A stretch of 41,524 nucleotides of DNA. It comes from Minisyncoccota bacterium (GTDB lineage: Bacteria; Patescibacteriota; Minisyncoccia; Phycocordibacterales; UBA1550). The number at the start of each line of letters is the position of its first letter. Position 1 is the first letter of the stretch. The stretch is taken from assembly GCA_023229865.1 (NCBI GenBank), contig JALNYL010000008.1, positions 1 to 41,524 on the forward strand, in the 5' to 3' direction. Of this stretch, positions 27,852 through 34,647 are shown one piece after another. Below the pieces are notes generated by a model that had not been told where the DNA came from, ran no database searches, and saw only the letters and a list, made by a program, of their open reading frames with translations. The position numbers and the translations under genes are program-made.

Positions 27852-29096
27852 ATGAATTTACTCGATACCGCTTGGAAAATACTTGATCTCGGTGGGCTCT
27901 ATAATCAGGTCGTCGCAGTCCTCACGGTCTTTTTTGCGTGGTTCCCTTATTGGGCGCCGTTTGTGCTCGGATACGTATTCCTACATCAATGGAAGCACTA
28001 CGTACAGCATCGCTTTATGGCGAATATGAAGTGGGTTATGCTCGAGGTAAAGCTCCCTAAGGAAACTTTCAAATCGCCGCTTGCGATGGAGATTGTGCTC
28101 ACTGCGCTCTATCAAGCTGGGGTGGGTACTTGGTACGATCAGTGGTGGAAGGGAAAGGTGAAGGATCAGTTTTCTCTTGAGATTGTTTCTCTCGAAGGGC
28201 ACATCAAGTTTTTTATTCGCACGACTGCGGTGTATAGAAACTTGATCGAAGCACAGCTCTACGGACAGTATCCTGATGTAGAAATTTACGAAGTCCCTGA
28301 CTACGCGCTCTTTGTTGATTACAGTCCATATACGGGCAATTGGTCTATGCTTGGCGCAGAGTATGGCTTGAGCAAGCCAGATCCATATCCTATCAAGACG
28401 TATGTTGATTACGGTCTCGACAAAGATCCCAAAGAGGAGTTCAAGATTGACCCTCTCACGGCAGTGATTGAATACATGGGAACAATGGGCAAGGGTGAAC
28501 AGTTCTGGCTTCAGATCATCGTACAGGCCGCAGGCAAGCATTATAAGAAATCAGATGGCACAAAGGGTGACTGGAAAGATGAAGGAAAGGACTTGATCAA
28601 CAAGCTCGCCGGCCGTGACAAAAAGGATGACCCTGATGCAAAGTTCCAAGTGATGAAACTCACCAAGGGAGAACAAGAAGTTATCTCTGCTATCGAACGC
28701 AGTCTCGGCAAGTATGGCTATGACTGTGGTATTCGTGCGCTCTATCTCGCAGAGAAGGACAAGTTCCAGGCAAGCAACATCAAGGCACTTGGTGCGCTCC
28801 TTCGCCCATTCACCAGCAACAATCTCAATAGTTTTGCTATGGTAGGGAGTGCTATTGGTTTTGATTTCCCATGGCAGGATTACAAAGATATGCGTATGAA
28901 CAAAATTCGTAAAGAATTTTTTGAAGCGTACAAATATCGCTCATGGTTCCATGCCCCACGCAAGCTCAAGCCTTGCGTACTCACCTCAGAAGAGCTCGCA
29001 ACTATCTACCATTTCCCTGGAGGAGTTGCGCAGACACCGACATTTGGTCGCATCACGTCACGCAAGTCAGAAGCACCAGTCAATTTGCCTATCTAG
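27852..29096 (+). CDS. Hypothetical membrane-anchored protein (414 aa)
   Basis: An N-terminal hydrophobic hairpin (VVAVLTVFFAWFPYWAPFVLGYVF) precedes a large soluble domain. I recognised no family. Confidence 0.7.
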   Translation: MNLLDTAWKILDLGGLYNQVVAVLTVFFAWFPYWAPFVLGYVFLHQWKHYVQHRFMANMKWVMLEVKLPKETFKSPLAMEIVLTALYQAGVGTWYDQWWKGKVKDQFSLEIVSLEGHIKFFIRTTAVYRNLIEAQLYGQYPDVEIYEVPDYALFVDYSPYTGNWSMLGAEYGLSKPDPYPIKTYVDYGLDKDPKEEFKIDPLTAVIEYMGTMGKGEQFWLQIIVQAAGKHYKKSDGTKGDWKDEGKDLINKLAGRDKKDDPDAKFQVMKLTKGEQEVISAIERSLGKYGYDCGIRALYLAEKDKFQASNIKALGALLRPFTSNNLNSFAMVGSAIGFDFPWQDYKDMRMNKIRKEFFEAYKYRSWFHAPRKLKPCVLTSEELATIYHFPGGVAQTPTFGRITSRKSEAPVNLPI

Positions 29097-29111
29097 TAAT
29101 CATCTCTCATT

Positions 29112-30128
29112 ATGGAGCAACAACAAGAACAAAAAGAAACAAGCCGTCCTTCGGGGTTTTTGTCTTCTCTTGGTATCGTGGAACATAAATCAAAAATGAT
29201 GCTCTTTGCATTACTTTTGTTGGTGCTTTCTTCTGCAATCATTTCTTTTTGTCTGATGGCACCGTTTGGGGCCCCAAGTGACGTGACGGTGGATATCAAG
29301 AAGGGGGCGTATCTCACGGAAGTTTCGAGTATGCTCTATGATGCAAATCTTATTCGTTCACGTGTTGCATTTGAGACTTGCGCAAAAATTGTAGGCGGAG
29401 AGAAGCCTGTTGTTGCGAGCTCATATCTTTTTAAAGAACCGCTTTCTGCGTGTGGTATTGCTCTTCGTATTGCACAGGGGATCTCAGGCAAGCCACCTGT
29501 GCGCGTGACGGTCCCCGAGGGAATGTCCAACCAAGAGATGGCTATCGTCCTCGCAAAAGCTTTTCCTGAGTTTAATCGCAATGCTTTTTTTGAGGAGTTT
29601 AGCTCTGACGAAGGATTTCTTTTCCCTGACACGTATTTCTTTTCTGAAGACACAACGATCGATACAGTAGGGAAGACAATGCTTGCGAATTTTAATAAAA
29701 GGATAACCCCGCTTTTGGATGACATCATTGCGTCGGGTCGCCCACTTCGCGATGTGGTTATTATGGCGTCGATTATCGAAAAGGAGGCTTTGACCGAAGA
29801 GGACAAAGCACTTGTATCGGGGATTCTTTGGAAGCGTATCGAAAAAGGGATGCCCCTTCAGGTAGATGCGACATTTATGTATCTCCTTGGCAAAAAATCG
29901 AGCGAGCTCACGCTGGGGGATTTGCAGATGAAGTCTGCGTACAATACATATCAGAACAAAGGCCTCCCTGTGGGACCTATTGGCAACCCGGGCGTTTCTG
30001 CTCTTAATGCCGCGATTCATCCGACTTCATCGCCATATCTCTACTACCTCTCCGACAATGATGGTGTGATGCACTACGCAAAGACGTTTGAAGAGCACAA
30101 GGCGAATAAGGCGAAGTATCTTAGGTAG
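29112..30128 (+). CDS. mltG: Endolytic murein transglycosylase MltG (YceG-like)
   Basis: It has an N-terminal TM helix and YceG motifs (ASIIEKEA, MPLQVDATFMY, YNTYQNKGLPVGPIGNPG). Confidence 0.9.
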   Translation: MEQQQEQKETSRPSGFLSSLGIVEHKSKMMLFALLLLVLSSAIISFCLMAPFGAPSDVTVDIKKGAYLTEVSSMLYDANLIRSRVAFETCAKIVGGEKPVVASSYLFKEPLSACGIALRIAQGISGKPPVRVTVPEGMSNQEMAIVLAKAFPEFNRNAFFEEFSSDEGFLFPDTYFFSEDTTIDTVGKTMLANFNKRITPLLDDIIASGRPLRDVVIMASIIEKEALTEEDKALVSGILWKRIEKGMPLQVDATFMYLLGKKSSELTLGDLQMKSAYNTYQNKGLPVGPIGNPGVSALNAAIHPTSSPYLYYLSDNDGVMHYAKTFEEHKANKAKYLR

Positions 30129-30204
30129 TTTTGACAGGATTGTTACGATATGTCATGCTCGTAAAAGGTGGTCTTTTTCAAATAATCTAGCTGAGGAGGC
30201 ATCG

Positions 30205-30513
30205 ATGCGGAAGTTTAAAAGTGGTGACCTGGTATGGCTGACTAAATTTGCGTTAAGCAAAGATGGTCTCGGGGGTAAGGACTATGTTCCAAATTCTTGC
30301 ACAGGGAAGTTGCTGCAAGGATATGCAATTAAGGTGCATGATTCGGTATCCGTAGTTGAGGGGTCAAAAGCATACTCTGTCCGTTTTGAAGGGGGGTCGT
30401 ATTCGCTTTCCGCTTCCCATTTTGAACTTGCACTTGCGAATAAGAGGAAGGTCCCGTTCGAAATTCTCGTTGAGAGATTTTTGAGAAGCGCGTTCAAATC
30501 ATTCAGCGCTTAA
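30205..30513 (+). CDS. Hypothetical small protein (102 aa)
   Basis: I chose internal ATG 30205 because GAGGAGG lies 5 nt upstream. It has its own terminator at 30526-30561. Confidence 0.55.
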   Translation: MRKFKSGDLVWLTKFALSKDGLGGKDYVPNSCTGKLLQGYAIKVHDSVSVVEGSKAYSVRFEGGSYSLSASHFELALANKRKVPFEILVERFLRSAFKSFSA

Positions 30514-30525
30514 CTTATGTTGTTT

Positions 30526-30561
30526 TATCCGAGCAGAAGCAAATTGCTCGGATAGTTTTTT
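30526..30561 (+). terminator. Rho-independent terminator
   Basis: Stem tatccgagca/tgctcggata has a 9-nt loop and a T6 tract. Confidence 0.8.
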
Positions 30562-30593
30562 GAGGAGATAATTATTTGTCTCTTTAAAAAACT

Positions 30594-31676
30594 ATGAACA
30601 AAAAAACTAAAGGCAAAGTATACGTCGGTATGTCGGGCGGAGTAGATAGCTCGGTTTCCGCTGCGCTCCTCAAGAAGGCAGGATATGACGTGACAGGAGT
30701 TTTTATGAAGGTGTGGCAGCCGGACTTTTTGCCATGCACGTGGCGCGAGGAGAGACTCGATGCGATGCGTGTCGCTGCGACTCTCGGCATTCCGCTCCTT
30801 ACTTGGGATTTTGAAAAAGAATACAAAGAAGGTGTTGCGGATTATATGTTTCGCGAATACAAAGCAGGTCGCACTCCCAACCCCGACGTGATGTGTAATC
30901 GCGAAGTGAAGTTTGGTGCGTTCTTCCGTCGTGCGATGGCCGAGGGTGCAGACTTTGTGGCGACGGGGCACTATGCGCAGTCAGTGCTTGATAAAAAGAC
31001 TGGGGCCACAATGATGCTCAAAGGCGTTGATGATGCGAAGGACCAATCATACTTCTTATGGACACTCGGACAGTCACAACTCTCAAAAACATTTTTCCCC
31101 ATCGGTGGTTACAAAAAATCCGCCGTGCGCGCACTTGCAAAGAAGTTTAACCTTCCCGTCGCTGAGAAGAAAGACAGTCAGGGGCTCTGCTTTGTGGGCA
31201 AGCTCGATATGAAGGATTTCCTCGCGCACTTTATCGAAGAGAAAGAGGGAAGTGTTTTGAATGAGCAGGGTGAAGTAATCGGCACACACCGTGGCGCGTA
31301 TTTCTATACACTCGGTGAGCGTCACGGATTTTTGATTACAAAAAAGAGTGCCGAAGACACCCCTTACTACATTGTCGCAAAAGATTTTGAAGCAAACACA
31401 ATCACTGTCGCGCACCAGGGCAAAAAGGACTTGGGATGCGCGTCACGTGATATCAGCGTTACGCAGGCAAGTTTTTGTCGTGGCGTATTGCCAGAGATAA
31501 AAAAGAATTACACCGTGCAAGTGCGCTATCACGGCGAGCAGTATAAATGCAAAATTGTTTCCTTCGGTGACAACGTTTTTTCGCTTCGTCTCGAGAAACC
31601 AGCCGTATTCGACGTAGGACAATCCGTGGTTCTTTACGACGGCAAAGAATGTCTCGGTGGTGGGATTATTGGGTAA
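30594..31676 (+). CDS. mnmA: tRNA 2-thiouridine(34) synthase MnmA
   Basis: It has the PP-loop VGMSGGVDSSVSAALL and the catalytic Cys regions (NPDVMCNREVKF, SQGLCFVG). Confidence 0.95.
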   Translation: MNKKTKGKVYVGMSGGVDSSVSAALLKKAGYDVTGVFMKVWQPDFLPCTWREERLDAMRVAATLGIPLLTWDFEKEYKEGVADYMFREYKAGRTPNPDVMCNREVKFGAFFRRAMAEGADFVATGHYAQSVLDKKTGATMMLKGVDDAKDQSYFLWTLGQSQLSKTFFPIGGYKKSAVRALAKKFNLPVAEKKDSQGLCFVGKLDMKDFLAHFIEEKEGSVLNEQGEVIGTHRGAYFYTLGERHGFLITKKSAEDTPYYIVAKDFEANTITVAHQGKKDLGCASRDISVTQASFCRGVLPEIKKNYTVQVRYHGEQYKCKIVSFGDNVFSLRLEKPAVFDVGQSVVLYDGKECLGGGIIG

Positions 31677-31707
31677 TTATGCTACTGAGCTGAACTACCG
31701 CGCTATC

Positions 31708-31736
31708 TTGACTTTATGTTATCAATATGCTATAGT
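31708..31736 (+). promoter_or_regulatory. Near-consensus promoter TTGACT-N17-TATAGT with TGC extension
   Basis: The -35 is at 31708-31713 and the -10 at 31731-31736, about 60 nt upstream of ATG 31796. Confidence 0.65.
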
Positions 31737-31795
31737 TCTAGGGTCAGGAATGTCACTTTTCCTTTGAAAAAGGTTCTTGATAAAGGAGGGAACAA

Positions 31796-32086
31796 ATGCA
31801 ACAAACAGCAATGAGTGCAGCGCTTGTAAAAGCGGGCCTGGTAACCGAAGTTCAAGTAGTGAGGGCAGAGAACGTCCGACATCATCTGCAACCCTATGCT
31901 GGGCAGATTATGGAGATTAAACGATTAACCACATTGTTTTCTCAGGAGGGGGTGGAAATGTCGTTGCTTGATATCGGGACTACTGTAGCTTTTGAGGCCA
32001 TGGTCAAACGTAAGGAGTACGATGAAGCCTACGAGATGATGCTTACGCATTTGAAGAAGGTCGCGGCTAAGCACGGTCTCGTTTAG
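31796..32086 (+). CDS. Hypothetical small protein (96 aa) carried on the insert in the mnmA 3' end
   Basis: It has SD AAGGAGGG 5 nt before the ATG, plus its own promoter and terminator. Confidence 0.6.
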   Translation: MQQTAMSAALVKAGLVTEVQVVRAENVRHHLQPYAGQIMEIKRLTTLFSQEGVEMSLLDIGTTVAFEAMVKRKEYDEAYEMMLTHLKKVAAKHGLV

Positions 32087-32126
32087 TCTGACATAAAAGG
32101 AGGGTTCAATCATGGAGACATGACAT

Positions 32127-32157
32127 GCCGGCGCTAAATGTGCCGGCTTTCTTTTTT
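32127..32157 (+). terminator. Rho-independent terminator
   Basis: Stem gccggcgc/gtgccggc has loop taaat and tail tttctttttt. Confidence 0.8.
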
Positions 32158-32222
32158 GATCGTGGACAATCAGTGGTGCTCTATGACGGGAAGGAGTGTT
32201 TGGGGGGGGAATCATTGAATAG
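32155..32222 (+). pseudogene. Displaced relic of the mnmA 3' end
   Basis: It translates FDRGQSVVLYDGKECLGG, against FDVGQSVVLYDGKECLGGGIIG in mnmA. It loses frame in the G8 run 32202-32209, and one extra G restores LGGGIIE-stop. Confidence 0.75.
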
Positions 32223-32235
32223 AATATTGAATTTG
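32215..32235 (+). repeat. NNNGAAT heptamer array (3 units)
   Basis: The sequence is ttGAATaGAATattGAATttg and contains the 11-mer GAATATTGAAT shared with 33463, 39134, 39155 and 39272 (reverse). Confidence 0.6.
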
Positions 32236-32261
32236 ACGCATTCATGCGGTCGTGGTAGTTA
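32233..32261 (+). promoter_or_regulatory. Promoter TTGACG-N17-TAGTTA with TGG extension
   Basis: The -35 is at 32233-32238 and the -10 at 32256-32261, about 40 nt upstream of ATG 32301. Confidence 0.6.
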
Positions 32262-32300
32262 TTATAAGAGATTAACCTAAATCTGATAAAGGGGAACGTA

Positions 32301-32510
32301 ATGGCTCTCGTTGAGATTGGTTCAAGAAAGGTTCCAGATGATGAAGGCGGGTGGTATTGGATGAAATGGGCAAACGGACCATGGGAACCCGCTCTTGTTC
32401 AGCCCGCAAAAGATGGGGAAACACCAAAGATTTTTCTTTCGAAAACTGCGGTTGCGGTGACTCATCCGTATCTTCGTTGGGGACATCAAATCTTCCCTCC
32501 GGAGAAATAG
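32301..32510 (+). CDS. Hypothetical small Trp-rich protein (69 aa)
   Basis: It has SD AAAGGGGAA 5 nt before the ATG, plus its own promoter and terminator. Confidence 0.55.
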   Translation: MALVEIGSRKVPDDEGGWYWMKWANGPWEPALVQPAKDGETPKIFLSKTAVAVTHPYLRWGHQIFPPEK

Positions 32511-32536
32511 GGGCGTGGAAACACGCTCCTTTTTTA
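32509..32536 (+). terminator. Rho-independent terminator
   Basis: Stem aggggcgtg/cacgctcct (one G-T pair) has loop gaaa and a T-tract. Confidence 0.75.
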
Positions 32537-32583
32537 TATTTAAACTTCCAAATTTTTCTGACGTATGAGACAATGTATAAATA

Positions 32584-33450
32584 ATGACCAACGGACTTCA
32601 GAAAGATATTTGGGTGCTCAAGACTTCGGGGCAGATGGAAAAATTTTCACTCGAGAAGCTTCGCCGTTCACTCACGCGCTCAAAGGTTGATGAAGAAACC
32701 ATCGACCGCATTATCGATCACATCCTCCCTGAGCTTCATAATGGGATGAAGACTGCGCAAATCTATAAGCACGTTTATTCAATACTTAAGAAAAAAAGAT
32801 ATCCTGCGGCGGTGCGCTACTCACTTCGCAAAGCAGTGATGGAGCTCGGGCCAAGTGGTTTTCCTTTTGAAAAATATGTCGCCGAGGTGATGAAAATGAA
32901 GGGGTTTAAAGCGGAGACAGGCGTCATTCTTCCGGGCTTTTGTGTTTCGCACGAGGTAGATATTTTACTCGAAAAGGGTGATCGACATATTTTTGCTGAG
33001 TGTAAATTTCATAATCAGCAGGGGATAAAGACCGATGTGAAAGTGGCGCTCTATGTGCACGCACGCTTCCTTGATTTGAAGAAGGCTCACGACGAGGCAC
33101 ACAAAACTCATACGGACGAGACGAGGAAGATTCATGAGGGGTGGCTCATTACCAACACCAAGCTTTCTCTCGATGCTATCCAGTATGCAAATTGCGCAGG
33201 CCTCACCGTGATCGGATGGGATTACCCCGAAGAGGGGAATCTCCAAGACCTCATTCTTGAGACGGGCGTACACCCGCTCACGTTCCTCACGACCCTTAGT
33301 CAAGCAGACAAGAAGAATCTTCTCGAGCAGGGAGTTGTGATGTGTCGCGATATTACTATTGGTAATGAATTATTGAAGGCGATAGGGCTTCCTGATGAGA
33401 GGGTTGAGAAGGTGGTGGCGGAGGCTAAGAAGGTTTGCCAAGAGTTCTAG
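32584..33450 (+). CDS. ATP-cone domain fused to a PD-(D/E)XK (Mrr-like) nuclease fold
   Basis: The N-terminus shows an ATP-cone pattern (IWVLKTSGQMEKFSLEKLRRSL...AQIYKHVYSIL). The nuclease-like core is FEKYVAEVMK...HEVDILLEKGDRHIFAECKFH. Confidence 0.75.
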   Translation: MTNGLQKDIWVLKTSGQMEKFSLEKLRRSLTRSKVDEETIDRIIDHILPELHNGMKTAQIYKHVYSILKKKRYPAAVRYSLRKAVMELGPSGFPFEKYVAEVMKMKGFKAETGVILPGFCVSHEVDILLEKGDRHIFAECKFHNQQGIKTDVKVALYVHARFLDLKKAHDEAHKTHTDETRKIHEGWLITNTKLSLDAIQYANCAGLTVIGWDYPEEGNLQDLILETGVHPLTFLTTLSQADKKNLLEQGVVMCRDITIGNELLKAIGLPDERVEKVVAEAKKVCQEF

Positions 33451-33480
33451 GGGTAGAATTTGGAATATTGAATATAGAAT
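33450..33480 (+). repeat. NNNGAAT heptamer array (4 units) starting GGGGTAGAAT
   Basis: The sequence is ggggtaGAATttgGAATattGAATataGAAT, directly after the stop codon. It is the same family as 39129-39166 and 39266-39302. Confidence 0.65.
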
Positions 33481-33535
33481 CAAAGAAACGACCGAAATGC
33501 GCGAAGCGCATTTCGGTCGTTTCTTTGATTTTTTC
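33478..33535 (+). terminator. Long-stem rho-independent terminator
   Basis: A 25-bp perfect stem, aatcaaagaaacgaccgaaatgcgc/gcgcatttcggtcgtttctttgatt, has loop gaa and a T-tract. Confidence 0.85.
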
Positions 33536-33585
33536 CTTGTCCTGCCTCCAAACAATTAAGCCCTATTTTGTTTGTTGTTTAAGTT

Positions 33586-33594
33586 TGATACAAT
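33586..33594 (+). promoter_or_regulatory. Extended -10 (TGATACAAT)
   Basis: It lies 6 nt upstream of ATG 33601. Confidence 0.5.
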
Positions 33595-33600
33595 ATCGGG

Positions 33601-34089
33601 ATGGATATTACATCATTTTTTAGCGGGCCGAGTTATGAAATAATTCTTAAGTTATTTACTGCGCTTCTCCTTGGGATGTCGCTCGGTGTCGAGCGTGCAA
33701 TCGCAGGCAAGACGGCAGGTATGCGCACGTATGGCCTCGTGACCATGGGCGCAGCACTCTTTGTGATTATTGGCGTTCTTGCGTCGGGTGGATATAGTGC
33801 TCAGACGTTGGTGTTTACCGATTCATCTGCACGCATCACCGCAGCGATCATTCAGGGTATCGGCTTCATTGGTGCTGGGCTTATCTTTTTCAAAGATACC
33901 AAGATTAGTGGTATCACGACCGCGGCGGGGATCTGGGTTGCGGCAGGCGTCGGCGCAGCTATCGGTTACGGTTTCTACTGTCTCGCTATTGTGACTACAC
34001 TCTTCGCACTCTTTGCGTTTACTGCGCTTTGGTACATCGAGAATAAAGTAAAAGCATTTGCTCGCTCATTTGAAAACGACAATGATTAA
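33601..34089 (+). CDS. MgtC/SapB family membrane protein
   Basis: It has the MgtC N-domain pattern (LLLGMSLGVERAIAGKTAGMRTYGLVTMGAALF, GIGFIGAGLIF, GITTAAGIWVAAGVGAAIG). Confidence 0.85.
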   Translation: MDITSFFSGPSYEIILKLFTALLLGMSLGVERAIAGKTAGMRTYGLVTMGAALFVIIGVLASGGYSAQTLVFTDSSARITAAIIQGIGFIGAGLIFFKDTKISGITTAAGIWVAAGVGAAIGYGFYCLAIVTTLFALFAFTALWYIENKVKAFARSFENDND

Positions 34090-34600
34090 ATTTAAAAACG
34101 GTTCAAATTCCGAAGCACGAAAAAATATTTGTGAATCGACGCTTTTCAATACAACCAAAAAGGCGTATGGCAAGATGTATCACGAGCATTTTCTCGAGCA
34201 ATACAAGGCTGCTATTCAAGGCGTTGATTATACCAGTAAGTGGAAGCACACGATAAATAGTTATTACCTTGCGATAAACACGGTGCTCCTCGCTGCTGTT
34301 GGGCTCTCACTTTCGCGCGAGAAACTCGTCCTCCCCGAGACTGCACACGACTTAATCCTTATTATCGGTATGTTTATCGCTATCGTATGGTGGGTCAACT
34401 TGCGCACCTACAACAACGTCCTCGCTGCAAAATTCTCAATCCTTCATTGCATCGAAGAGCACCTCCCGTTGTCGCTCTACAAAACAGAGTGGACACTTCT
34501 CAAGACTATTTATGGTCGCCCTCGTCGCGCGCTCGTAGACGGACTCGTGCCGGTACTTTTCCTCGTTTTCTACATCCTTATTTTCTTTTTTGTGAAGTAA
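34082..34600 (+). CDS. Hypothetical two-TM membrane protein
   Basis: ATG 34082 overlaps the upstream stop (ATGATTAA). A soluble N-terminus is followed by two hydrophobic helices. Confidence 0.6.
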   Translation: MIKFKNGSNSEARKNICESTLFNTTKKAYGKMYHEHFLEQYKAAIQGVDYTSKWKHTINSYYLAINTVLLAAVGLSLSREKLVLPETAHDLILIIGMFIAIVWWVNLRTYNNVLAAKFSILHCIEEHLPLSLYKTEWTLLKTIYGRPRRALVDGLVPVLFLVFYILIFFFVK

Positions 34601-34627
34601 TACGACAAATTGGCGAAAAGGCGTTTT

Positions 34628-34636
34628 TGGTATAAG
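34628..34636 (+). promoter_or_regulatory. Extended -10 (TGGTATAAG)
   Basis: It lies 11 nt upstream of ATG 34648. Confidence 0.4.
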
Positions 34637-34647
34637 ATAGATAAACT

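Noticed and set aside
33441-33450. The 10-mer AGTTCTAGGG at the ATP-cone gene stop is identical to the post -10 sequence of the cassette promoter at 31734-31743.
   Set aside because: A single 10-mer coincidence is expected by chance in a window this size. Here it overlaps a coding end rather than a promoter.
33370-33623. Two overlapping small ORFs on opposite strands both contain KKRPKCA-RISVVSLI.
   Set aside because: Both are artefacts of translating the 25-bp perfect palindrome of the terminator at 33478-33535.
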